DNA of 64,000 nucleotides from an uncultured delta proteobacterium (GTDB lineage: Bacteria; Desulfobacterota; Syntrophia; Syntrophales; Smithellaceae). The position numbers and the translations under genes are program-made. Below, piece after piece: positions 40,886 through 50,344 of this stretch (positions within the stretch are counted from its first letter, which is position 1; every line of letters starts with the position of its first letter). The DNA is taken from assembly GCA_963753975.1 (NCBI GenBank), contig CAVWEH010000002.1, positions 684,919-748,918 of the forward strand. Direction: 5' to 3'. The notes below the pieces were generated by a model. That model had not been told where the DNA came from. It did not search any database and saw nothing but the letters and a program-made list of their open reading frames with translations.

Positions 40886-41347
40886 ATGAAAAAAGTTTTT
40901 GTGGGTGTCGTTATTTTTATGTTTGCCGTTTTACTTTTCAGTGTTCCCGTAAAAGCTGAAAGCCCTATTATCGGAACATGGAAAACAATCGCGGATGAAG
41001 GTGTTGACAAAGGAAAGGCAAAATCCCATGTGGAGATATTTGAGAAGAATGGAACATATTCCGCCAAGGTCATTAAACTATTGCTCAAACCCCAGGATAC
41101 GCTTTGTGAAAAATGCGAAGGGGATTTAAAAAATAAACCGGTGGTCGGCATGATATTTCTGCGAGATATGAAAAAAACCGGAAATACGGACGAGGAATTC
41201 GGCGATGAATATGCGGGTGGAACGATTATGGACCCTGATAACGGCAAAATTTACAAATGCAAAATGTGGGTCAAGGGCGATGTTTTGACATCACGGGGAT
41301 ATATCGGATTCTTTTATAGAACCCAACAATGGTTTAGAATTAAATAA
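40886..41347 (+). CDS. Secreted DUF2147-family protein
   Basis: Signal peptide. GTWKTIADE...CEKCEGDLKNKPVVGM...GGTIMDPDNGKIYKCKMW...RGYIG pattern of DUF2147. Confidence 0.75.
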   Translation: MKKVFVGVVIFMFAVLLFSVPVKAESPIIGTWKTIADEGVDKGKAKSHVEIFEKNGTYSAKVIKLLLKPQDTLCEKCEGDLKNKPVVGMIFLRDMKKTGNTDEEFGDEYAGGTIMDPDNGKIYKCKMWVKGDVLTSRGYIGFFYRTQQWFRIK

Positions 41348-41425
41348 CTCGGTAGGAATATAGTGGTCTGTATTCGAAATATTTCACTAAAAAAAGATAT
41401 TAAAAAATAAATTTAGAAAGAATAA

Positions 41426-41457
41426 TAAAAAGGGCTTTGAATAATCTTCAAAGCCCT
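41426..41457 (-). terminator. Rho-independent terminator after tRNA-fMet
   Basis: Minus-strand AGGGCTTTGAA-gatta-TTCAAAGCCCT followed by TTTTTATTATT. May also serve the converging plus-strand gene. Confidence 0.65.
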
Positions 41458-41465
41458 AAATTTAT

Positions 41466-41542
<77 letters not shown>

Positions 41543-41671
41543 ATACATCGCTCTTCAAAAAGAGTGGACTTTACATCATTATCTCCAATATTTGTCAAGG
41601 AGTAATTTGGGCAAAGTCTTTCCTAAGTAATGTTGCTTGCTATTCTTAAAAGAAAATTGGGCAGAATATTG

Positions 41672-42517
41672 CTACTTCGTTATGTAGCCCATAAAACGGT
41701 AAATAAGCTTAGCTGCCATGAAGTCCGGCGCGATAATACCGGGAAGCGGTGCGAGTTCTACTGCGTCAAAACCACGAATTTTGCAGGAGCTGGAAACCAA
41801 TTTCAGCAAACGTAAAACATTACTCCAATAAAGACCGCCCGGTTCCGGCGTGCCCGTAGAAGGCATTATAGAAGGATCAAAGACATCCAAATCAATACTG
41901 ACATAAATATCTCCTTGCAAATCCTTACAAATTAAGTCACACGAGTCCTTATTTTCTAAAACAAAATCGGCGCTATAACTTTTAACATTGCTTTGCGATA
42001 AATATTCCGCTTCTTCGTTGCTCATGCTCCTGATACCCACTTGAATCAGAGGACATATTTCGGCAATTCTTCTCGCCACACAGGCATGACTGTAAGGGCT
42101 TCGCTGATAACTTTCCCGCAGATCCGCATGGGCATCAAGTTGTAATATCTTTAATCGAGGATATTTTTCTTTGACGGCCTGAACGGCACCGAGGCTTATA
42201 CTGTGCTCTCCGCCGAGTATTACGGGTATTTTATTTAAAGCAACAATTTTGGCAACTTTCTTGCGCAGAATATTAATCATGTTTTTTGGTCCGCGGGCAT
42301 CAATAGCAAGCGGTGAAGTTGTATGAATACCGGCCAAATATGTTTCTTTTTTCAACTCTTCATCGTAGAGCTCCATGTTGGTCGAAGCTTCAATTATGGC
42401 TGCGGGCCCACGGCGGCTTCCCGGTTGATAGGTAGAAGTCAGATCGTAGGGCACGGGAACGACAATAAACAAAGCATCACGAAGTGAACACTCCGGATAT
42501 ATACCTCCAAAATTCAT
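41672..42517 (-). CDS. speB: Agmatinase / ureohydrolase family
   Basis: Arginase-family Mn ligand motifs (GGEHS, LDAHADL, SIDLDVFDP). The ATG at 42517 (MNFGG) is preferred over the TTG at 42559. Confidence 0.8.
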   Translation of the reverse strand: MNFGGIYPECSLRDALFIVVPVPYDLTSTYQPGSRRGPAAIIEASTNMELYDEELKKETYLAGIHTTSPLAIDARGPKNMINILRKKVAKIVALNKIPVILGGEHSISLGAVQAVKEKYPRLKILQLDAHADLRESYQRSPYSHACVARRIAEICPLIQVGIRSMSNEEAEYLSQSNVKSYSADFVLENKDSCDLICKDLQGDIYVSIDLDVFDPSIMPSTGTPEPGGLYWSNVLRLLKLVSSSCKIRGFDAVELAPLPGIIAPDFMAAKLIYRFMGYITK

Positions 42518-42671
42518 AAGTCGCAATCCTCTAATTAACACTATCTCAGCCAAATCCAAAAACGGGAAAAACTTTAATATCGGTATTCATCACTCTAAGA
42601 GAGCAGGTTTCCTAGCATATAGCAGTAAATCTGTCCAGTTTTTCATAGATACCAGTTAAGTATTTATTTTG

Positions 42672-43487
42672 TTAATATTCATAACAGACGATATAAAAGA
42701 AGATTTTAACTACCTGCGGCCGGTAATAGCTCAGAAAAAATTTGTTGTTTTCATAGTAAAGAAATGAAAAGTGTCTGATCCAGTCGCCTAACGCAACAAA
42801 AGTTTTCTTCTTTTCCGCAACAATACACTGACGCAAAACAGGTCTGTGGGAATGACCGAGGATAACCGCATCATAATCCTCTCCAAATTTGGTTTTAGCA
42901 AAAGAAAACATTTTTTCGACCAGTGCATCGCCATTTTCTATGGTCATCTCTTTGCTGACTGCGGAACTAAAGCCGGCTATCGCCCAACGAATCGATGCGG
43001 GAATATAATGTTGAAAACGATAAAATACGCGACTGCGCAATATTTTCCGCAGAAACATATATTTAATATTGGTCTTATCGATTGTATCGCCATGAGCAAC
43101 CAAAGCCCACAAGTTATCCAGTTTTACTCTCTCCCATTCATCAAACACTTCTATTCCTAAAATATTTTTAAAATATTCTCCCATAAAAAAATCATGGTTT
43201 CCTTCGCCCAAATGAATGCTGATGCCGGTTTTCTGCAATTCAATTAATTTATCGATAATCAATTTGAATTCGGGATAAATTTTTTCTCTCCGGCAAAACC
43301 AAAAATCAAACAAGTCACCGACGATATAAAGAGCATCGATAGCTGTTTTTTCTTTGCCTAATTCATCCGAATTAACAAGAGATCTAGCCCTTCCTTCCTT
43401 AAGGTCATTTAAGAAATTAATCAACCGGCCATATCTTTCATCGCTGACTCGTTTTAAATGGGCGTCGGATATAAAAATGGCTTTCAT
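42672..43487 (-). CDS. lpxH: UDP-2,3-diacylglucosamine diphosphatase (LpxH-type metallophosphoesterase)
   Basis: ISDAHL, GDLFDFW, GNHD, AHGD, GHSH motifs in LpxH order. Confidence 0.75.
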   Translation of the reverse strand: MKAIFISDAHLKRVSDERYGRLINFLNDLKEGRARSLVNSDELGKEKTAIDALYIVGDLFDFWFCRREKIYPEFKLIIDKLIELQKTGISIHLGEGNHDFFMGEYFKNILGIEVFDEWERVKLDNLWALVAHGDTIDKTNIKYMFLRKILRSRVFYRFQHYIPASIRWAIAGFSSAVSKEMTIENGDALVEKMFSFAKTKFGEDYDAVILGHSHRPVLRQCIVAEKKKTFVALGDWIRHFSFLYYENNKFFLSYYRPQVVKIFFYIVCYEY

Positions 43488-43725
43488 CTTTTTGTCTCTT
43501 CAGTTTAATGCCTTTATCCTTTAGCAGAAAACCGCCTCTAAGGTCAATATGCACATTGGCTTAAATGTTCGTGAAACGAATCTTGCAAAAATCTAGTCAA
43601 ACTTATAAAAAAGATTCTCCCCAGAGATCAAGTAAATGATTCTTGTTTTGTTCGGTATTTTTTGCTAGTTTCTTTAAAGGTTATCAAAAACATGAAATTA
43701 GCGAATACATTCTTAGGATAAATAT

Positions 43726-44722
43726 ATGACTCCAAATCGAGAAACAATCAAGCGCGCCAAGGAAGTATTAAAAATAGAAGCGCAGAGTATTTTGAACTTG
43801 ACTGAAAAAATCGATATCAACTTTTCCCGTGCCGTGGATTTAATTTATGTCTCCAAGGGCAGGGTAATCATTACCGGAATTGGTAAATCCGGTTTGATTG
43901 GACGAAAAATCGTCGCTACTTTAACAAGTACGGGAACACAAGCGCTTTTTTTACATCCTGTTGAGGGCATCCACGGCGATTTAGGCATTGTTACCAAAGA
44001 AGACATTCTGCTGGCTATATCTAATAGCGGTGAAACCCACTGAGCTCATGCCGGTTATCAACTCCGTCCGTCATATCGGCACTACCGTCATAGCCTTTAC
44101 CGGCGATATGTCATCAACCTTGGCTCGAGCAAGCGATATAGTCATTGATGTTTCCGTGGAAAAAGAAGCCTGCCCTTTTGGCCTTACTCCTACTTCCAGC
44201 TCTACTGCTGCCCTGGCCATGGGTGACGCTTTAGCTATAGCTCTTATTGATAAAAGGCAATTTAAAGAGAAAGACTTTTATAAGTTTCATCCGGGCGGAA
44301 GCCTTGGCGCAAGATTAAAAGAAACAGTCGGAGAGGTTATGATTACAGGGAAAAAAATCCCGCAAGTACTCTCTGGAGCATCTGCCCAGAAGGCGATACA
44401 AGAAATCGACCGGAAAAATGTGGGGTTCGTCCTGATAACCGATAAAAAAAACAAGCTCCGGGGAATTTTAACTGACGGTGATCTACGCCGCATAATTGGT
44501 AAAGGTATTTCTTTAGAGGGAAAAATTATTGATGATTTCATGACGCGCAATCCCCAGACAATAAGCGAAAACGTGTCGCTGGCGCAAACTATGGAATTTA
44601 TGCAAAAGCAAGAAATTACCACATTCGCCGTAGTTAACGAAAAAAAGGAACTCCAAGGATATATCCATCTGCATGATATTTTAGGCCGTGGCGGATCGGT
44701 TAATATTTCTCTTACTTATTAG
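43726..44722 (+). CDS. kpsF: Arabinose-5-phosphate isomerase KpsF/GutQ (SIS plus two CBS domains), one frameshift near 44035
   Basis: ITGIGKSG...LAISNSGET then H-stop. Removing one C from the ACCC run restores GETTELMPVINSVRHIGT. The CBS pair lies at the C-terminus. Confidence 0.85.
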
Positions 44723-44743
44723 TTTTAGGGAAAGATAGAAACT

Positions 44744-45272
44744 ATGGCGCTTTATGAATTTGATGGTAAAAGACCTCAGGTACCGCCGGATTCATTTGTC
44801 CATCCTAACGCTGTCTCTGATTGGTGATGTAAAAATCGGTCATGAATGCTTAATCGCCCCCGGTGTTTCTATCCGTGCAGATTTTGGACCGATCACAATA
44901 GGAAATCATTCCAGCATTCAGGATAATGCCGTCATTCACGTTTTTCCTGACTCTGTTGTTACTATCGGTGAAGATGTCACCATCGCCCACGGGGTCATGC
45001 TTCATGACGCGCAAATTAAATCACGCTGCGTAATCGGCATGGGTGCTATTGTTCTCTTCAATGTTATATGCGAGGAAGATGTTTTTGTGGCGGTGGGTTC
45101 GCTGATACCTAAAGGCATGCACATTCCCGCCGGTAAAAATGTTTCCGGTAATCCGGCTGAAGTTACTCATGATGTCACCGAAAATCAAAAAATAATGGCT
45201 AAAGCCGGCATTGATTATTATCGCGGACTTTGTAAAAAATACCTTACCACCATGAAAACGGTTGTTTATTGA
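44744..45272 (+). CDS. Gamma-carbonic-anhydrase-like hexapeptide-repeat protein, one frameshift near 44815
   Basis: MALYEFDGKRPQVPPDSFVHPNAV then a shift to (L)IGDVKIGHECLIAPGVSIRADFGPITIGNHSSIQDNAVIH. A single extra base in gctgtCtctgatt. Confidence 0.8.
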
Positions 45273-45320
45273 TCTAATAACGAGTATTTTTTTGCTAATA
45301 TTTCTCTCTTAGTCAGCCAA

Positions 45321-45353
45321 TAAAAAAGGGCTTATGACTAACCATAAGCCCTT
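45321..45353 (-). terminator. Rho-independent terminator after tRNA-Val
   Basis: Minus-strand AAGGGCTTATG-gttagt-CATAAGCCCTT followed by TTTTTATT. Confidence 0.65.
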
Positions 45354-45363
45354 TGCTGTCGAA

Positions 45364-45438
45364 TGGTAGGCGGTACTGGGATTGAACCAGTGACTTCTAC
45401 CGTGTGAAGGTAGCACTCTCCCGCTGAGTTAACCGCCC
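45364..45438 (-). tRNA. tRNA-Val (CAC), CCA encoded
   Basis: GGGCGGT-TA-ACTC-AGCGGGA-GAGT-G-CTACC-TTCACAC-GGTAG-AAGTC-ACTGG-TTCAATC-CCAGT-ACCGCCT-ACCA. Confidence 0.9.
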
Positions 45439-45549
45439 AAGTGCCGTCTGCTATAGCTTAAACCATCTTTCATTTCAAGGGAAAAAGTGTTTTCGTTAAG
45501 CAAACAGAAAATAATTCTAACATGAAATTAATTTTGTATACTGAATACA

Positions 45550-46357
45550 TTAGGAATTAGCTTTAACCAAATCCTGATAATACTTCACCCTGCGATCAGC
45601 AAAGATATCATTATAGTTATTTATTTTTTTGTTCCTGGCCATTTGCACATCAATTTCTACGATGCCTAGTTTCATCATTTTGGCCATCGGCACGATACAA
45701 GATGTGTGCGTCCGGAGACGTTATCTGGCTTTTGCCGGTGTAAGATAAATTTTTGCCGCTTCTTTCTTCACGACCGGTGCGATTGGCAGTTACAGCATAA
45801 ACCTTGTTTTCCAAGCATCGGGTAACCATGGCCTCCTGACAATAGGGAAGAACAAGATTAGACGGATGACAGATAATATCAGCGCCTTTTAAAGATAATA
45901 TTCTTGCGGACTCCGGGAAAAACCAGTCGAAGCAGATCATGATTCCGACCTTACATTGACCGATATCATAGACCGCAAAAGATTCATTGCCCGGCTGAAA
46001 CCAAAGTTTTTCTTCATTAAAAAGATGAATTTTGCGGTAAGTCGCCATATAACCTTTAGGTGAAATCAAAACAGCGGAATTATATAAATTCTCACCTGCG
46101 CTCTCGGCAATTCCGGCCACAATATGAATTTTTTTCTTTCGGGCTATCGAAGATAAAGCTTTTATTGTTTTTCCCGCGGGAATTTCTTCGGCCATTTCCA
46201 GGGCTTCGTCTCTGGACGCAAAAAGATAACCGGTATTAAACAGCTCCGGTAAAACAATCAGCTCGGCATCGGCTTTTTCCAACATTGCTAATGCTTTATC
46301 AATGTTTGCATCAACCTTGCCGAATTGCGGCGAAAACTGAATAAAACCTGCCCTCAT
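45550..46357 (-). CDS. Carbon-nitrogen hydrolase (nitrilase superfamily), 3' end frameshifted near 45680
   Basis: E-K-C triad context (VLPELF, YRKIHLF, ICFDWFFPE). After ...ADGQ the natural C-terminus (MKLGIVEIDVQMARNKKINNYNDIFADRRVKYYQDL) is readable only in another frame and ends at 45550. Confidence 0.75.
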
Positions 46358-46472
46358 CTTCTCCCCTCTTAAGATTTAGATTTAGAGGTTACATTTCTGA
46401 ATGACGTTTCTGTCAAGATGATTTATTTAGATTGTGGGGAAACAATGAAAAAAACTTTTCGCCGTCAATCCC

Positions 46473-46503
46473 TCCGTCATCCCGCAACTAAAAGGATGAC
46501 GGA
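46473..46503 (-). terminator. 10-bp hairpin downstream of the thiolase gene
   Basis: TCCGTCATCC-N11-GGATGACGGA. The U-run lies about 20 nt away, so terminator function is uncertain. Confidence 0.35.
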
Positions 46504-46552
46504 AAGATTGAACGAAGTTATAGCTTGACGCTAGAAGGGGCGATTTTCTTAA

Positions 46553-47740
46553 TTAAAGCATTTCATATATACCGGCAGCTCCCATTCCACCGCCGATGCA
46601 CATGCTGACTATACAACGCTTGGCGTTTCGACGCTTTGCTTCGTGTAGTATTTGTGCTGTCAACTTGGCGCCGGTGCAACCCAGCGGGTGACCTAAAGCG
46701 ATGGCGCCACCGTTCGGATTGATATCACCCTTCCAATATCTTTCTTCCAAACCAAGTTTGCGACAGCAATAGATAGCCTGAGAGGCAAAAGCTTCATTGA
46801 TTTCGAAAAGGTCAATATCATTAGTGGTCAGTCCGGCCAGTTTCAGGACTTTTGGTATTGCTACCGACGGGCCAACGCCCATCTCTTCCGGCTTACATCC
46901 GGCCACCGCATAATAAGTTAGTTTGGCTATCGGCTTCATTCCGAGCTCATTTGCTTTATCAGCACTCATCACTAGAGCAAAAGCGGCACCGTCCGTCATC
47001 TGCGAAGAATTCCCCGCAGTGGATGATCCTCCCGCTTTAAAGGGCGATTTTAATTTAACCATGTCCTCCAATTTTGCCGGCCATCTCACACCGTCATCCG
47101 TATCGAAAACAACCTTTTCCCTGATTCGCTTGCCGTTTTTCACTTTGTATTTATAGGCTTGGATGGGAATGATTTCTTCCTTAAATTTACCCGCTTTAAT
47201 CGCTTCGTATGCCCGGCGATTACTCTCCAGACCGAATTTATCCAAATCCTCTCTGGAAACTTTGTAGTTGGCAGCAACGTTTTCCGCGGTTATCCCCATG
47301 GAAACGTAAGCATAAGGTTTATCCCATGGATAGTCCGGCATAGGTCGCATGGATGAACCACCCATAGGAATATGAGACATTGTCTCGCAACCCCCGGCAA
47401 TAATAACATCAGACCAGCCCGCCCTGATCTTTGCCGTGGCGTCAGCGATGGCCTGCAAACCCGATGAACAGAAACGATTGACGGTCATACCGCTGGTGTT
47501 TTCGGGTAATCCTGCTCCCAGCGCTATAATTTTCCCCAAATTCATTCCCGTTTCGTGTTCCGGGAAGGCGCATCCTACAATCAAGTCATCTACGTCTTCT
47601 GGTTTGACCTTAGGCACTCTCGCCAATAAGCCTTTAATCACTTGAATTGCATATTCATCAGCCCGGGTAGAGGCCAATCCGCCTCTTCTATATCTTGCTC
47701 CGGGACTTCTTACGGATTCTACAATTACGGCATCACGCAT
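46553..47740 (-). CDS. fadA: Acetyl-CoA C-acyltransferase / 3-ketoacyl-CoA thiolase
   Basis: Active-site contexts NRFCSSGLQA, NEAFA, GHPLGCTGA. The ATG at 47740 has a GGAGGA RBS; the track start at 47806 is unlikely. Confidence 0.9.
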   Translation of the reverse strand: MRDAVIVESVRSPGARYRRGGLASTRADEYAIQVIKGLLARVPKVKPEDVDDLIVGCAFPEHETGMNLGKIIALGAGLPENTSGMTVNRFCSSGLQAIADATAKIRAGWSDVIIAGGCETMSHIPMGGSSMRPMPDYPWDKPYAYVSMGITAENVAANYKVSREDLDKFGLESNRRAYEAIKAGKFKEEIIPIQAYKYKVKNGKRIREKVVFDTDDGVRWPAKLEDMVKLKSPFKAGGSSTAGNSSQMTDGAAFALVMSADKANELGMKPIAKLTYYAVAGCKPEEMGVGPSVAIPKVLKLAGLTTNDIDLFEINEAFASQAIYCCRKLGLEERYWKGDINPNGGAIALGHPLGCTGAKLTAQILHEAKRRNAKRCIVSMCIGGGMGAAGIYEML

Positions 47741-47831
47741 GATATTCCTCCTTAAAAAATATATGTCTGTTTTTAAACAGTGGCCAATGAAGTATAAAAA
47801 GTACATTTACCACTGATAGTTCAATGCTCAC

Positions 47832-50249
47832 TTAATTGCGCAGTGGTTTCCCCGTATTGAGCATATGTACGATTCTTTCGTGAGTTTTAGCTTCGCCCAA
47901 AAGACTGATAAACGCTTCTTTTTCCAGATCAAGGATTTCCTGTTCGGATACCCACGTTCCTTCGGCACAATCGCCTCCGGAAATGATATAAGCGACCTTT
48001 CTCGAAACATGCACGTCATAATCGGATACGAAATTACCCTGGCGCATATTGTAAAGCGCAGCGTCAATGATCCCGCGGAAATTCTCGCCCATGACGGGAA
48101 TCATCGCCGGTCTGGGTTTTTTATAGAATTTGGCCAGACCCAAGACAACCTGCTTGGCATCCCAGATATGCTGATCTCGGCTCAAACTGATTGAGTCCGT
48201 TTTGCGGATATAACCCAACTCCATGGCATCGGCGGCGCTTGTGGATACCTTGGCCATGGCAATATTCTGGAAGACCTTGGCATATATCTGTTGGAGATTC
48301 ATGCCGTCTTCTACCGCACCGTCGGGAATGCCTTCTGTACAGCGAACCATTAATTCCTTGACGCCGCCACCCGCTGGAATAAGGCCGACACCAACTTCCA
48401 CCAGACCGATGTAGGTTTCACCATGGGGCTGGCATCTGGCACCGTGAATGGCCATTTCACATCCACCCCCTAACGCCATTCCGGCGGGGGCCGTAACAAC
48501 CGGTTTCGTAAGATATTTCATCTTCATATTGGCGTTCTGCAGCGCCTCGATAGCCTGCCCTATAAGATCCCACTGCTTTTTCTGCGCAGCATCGAGGGCA
48601 ATGAGAATATTGGCCCCCACGGAGAAATTCGTGGCGTGGTTGGCAACTACCATACCGACGAAATCTTTTTCCACGATATCACAACTTTCAACAAGCATGT
48701 TCGTAAGGTTCTCTTCGATAGCATTCATCTTCGTGTGAAATTCCAGACAGCAAACGCCGTCGCCAATATCTACCAGTGTAGCGGCAGAATTACTCTTCAC
48801 AATCTTTTTTCGCTCTTTGAGAGAAGGAAGCAAAATAATCTTCGGATTCTCTTCTATCTTGACATAGCCCTTTTTGGCGAAGTTATAGTAATACATACCG
48901 TCTTTCTTTTTTACATAGAAAGATTTATGCCCGGCTTTGAGCATATCCTCAATTTTCTTGGGGACTTTGAGCTTCATTTTTTTCATAACTTGGACGGCTT
49001 CTTTGACTCCTACGGCGTCCCATGTTTCAAACGGACCAAGTTGATGATTGTAACCCCATTTCATGGCATTATCGATGCCGATGATGGTGTCGCTTATTTC
49101 CGGAACACGATTGGCGGCGTAAATGAAATTATTACAGAGGTATTCACGCGCAACTTCCGCGGCCACATCCGTGCCGTTGAATAATACTTTGAGCTTATCG
49201 GCAAAGCCGCCTGCCGTTTTTTTCGCGGCCTCTATGGATTCAAATTTTGGTTTGGTCGGAATGACATATTGCATTGTCTTATAATCGAGAACCAACTTTA
49301 CCTTTTTTCCTTTTTCATCCTTGGTTCTTTTGTAGTAACCCTGGCCAGTCTTATTGCCCAGCCATTTATTTTCAATCATCTTCAGGGTAATTTCATTAGG
49401 TTTGAAATAATCTCTCATTTCGTCATCCGGCACCCCGTCATAAAGGTTTTTACTGACATGAAAACCGGTATCCAGTCCGACCAGGTCTATCGTGCCAAAA
49501 ACAGCGGAACCGGGCCTCCCGAGAGGCTTGCTTATAATGGCATCGAGTTCTTCGATTTTAAGGCCTTTGCTGAACATCACATGAGCAGCGTTGGACATAT
49601 CGAAACTGCCGATGCGGTTGCCGATAAAGTTCGGCCTGTCTTTACAAACAACAACCCCTTTCCCCAAAACGCTTTCACAGAATTTTACCATATAATCAAC
49701 GACAGCTTTTTTCGTTTTTTCACCGGGGATAATTTCGAGCAGTTTCATGTAGCGCGGTGGATTAAAGAAATGCATTCCTAAAAAGCGCTCTTTCAATTTC
49801 GGGCTAAAATTGGCGGATATATCCTTAATGGGAATTCCCGATGTATTTGTTGTCACAATACAGGTATCTTTCACGATTTTTTCGACCTTGGCAAAAAGAT
49901 CCTGCTTGATTTTTAAATTCTCAATAACGACTTCGATGACCAGATCGACATCGGCAAGCCAATTTAAATTATCTTCAAAATTGCCGGTTTTAATCATTGA
50001 TGCATTTTTTTTGGTATAAAACGCCGACGGTTTGGATTTAAGCGCTCCGGCCAATCCGTTTTCGGCGAACCGGTTGCGCCACGCCCGGCTTTTCTCGGTG
50101 AGCCCTTTCTTCTTATCCGTTTCCGTCAACTCGAAAGGAATGATATCCAAAAGAAAACATTCGATACCGGCATTGGTTAAATGAGCGGCGATGGTCGCGC
50201 CCATAACTCCCGCTCCTAAAACAGCTACTTTCTTAATCTCATCTGACAT
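47832..50249 (-). CDS. Fused 3-hydroxyacyl-CoA dehydrogenase (N-terminal) and enoyl-CoA hydratase (C-terminal)
   Basis: 805 aa. NAD fold VAVLGAGVMGATIAAH. A C-terminal crotonase-like half (ALGGGCEMA). Domain order is reversed relative to E. coli FadB. Confidence 0.9.
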   Translation of the reverse strand: MSDEIKKVAVLGAGVMGATIAAHLTNAGIECFLLDIIPFELTETDKKKGLTEKSRAWRNRFAENGLAGALKSKPSAFYTKKNASMIKTGNFEDNLNWLADVDLVIEVVIENLKIKQDLFAKVEKIVKDTCIVTTNTSGIPIKDISANFSPKLKERFLGMHFFNPPRYMKLLEIIPGEKTKKAVVDYMVKFCESVLGKGVVVCKDRPNFIGNRIGSFDMSNAAHVMFSKGLKIEELDAIISKPLGRPGSAVFGTIDLVGLDTGFHVSKNLYDGVPDDEMRDYFKPNEITLKMIENKWLGNKTGQGYYKRTKDEKGKKVKLVLDYKTMQYVIPTKPKFESIEAAKKTAGGFADKLKVLFNGTDVAAEVAREYLCNNFIYAANRVPEISDTIIGIDNAMKWGYNHQLGPFETWDAVGVKEAVQVMKKMKLKVPKKIEDMLKAGHKSFYVKKKDGMYYYNFAKKGYVKIEENPKIILLPSLKERKKIVKSNSAATLVDIGDGVCCLEFHTKMNAIEENLTNMLVESCDIVEKDFVGMVVANHATNFSVGANILIALDAAQKKQWDLIGQAIEALQNANMKMKYLTKPVVTAPAGMALGGGCEMAIHGARCQPHGETYIGLVEVGVGLIPAGGGVKELMVRCTEGIPDGAVEDGMNLQQIYAKVFQNIAMAKVSTSAADAMELGYIRKTDSISLSRDQHIWDAKQVVLGLAKFYKKPRPAMIPVMGENFRGIIDAALYNMRQGNFVSDYDVHVSRKVAYIISGGDCAEGTWVSEQEILDLEKEAFISLLGEAKTHERIVHMLNTGKPLRN

Positions 50250-50344
50250 GATTTTCCTCCTTCGCCTTTCTTGAAATAGCCGTCATCGGTTTAAGGGACG
50301 GCTTATAAATGGCGGTTTTAAAAGTTTATGGCCTCTCAATTTAA

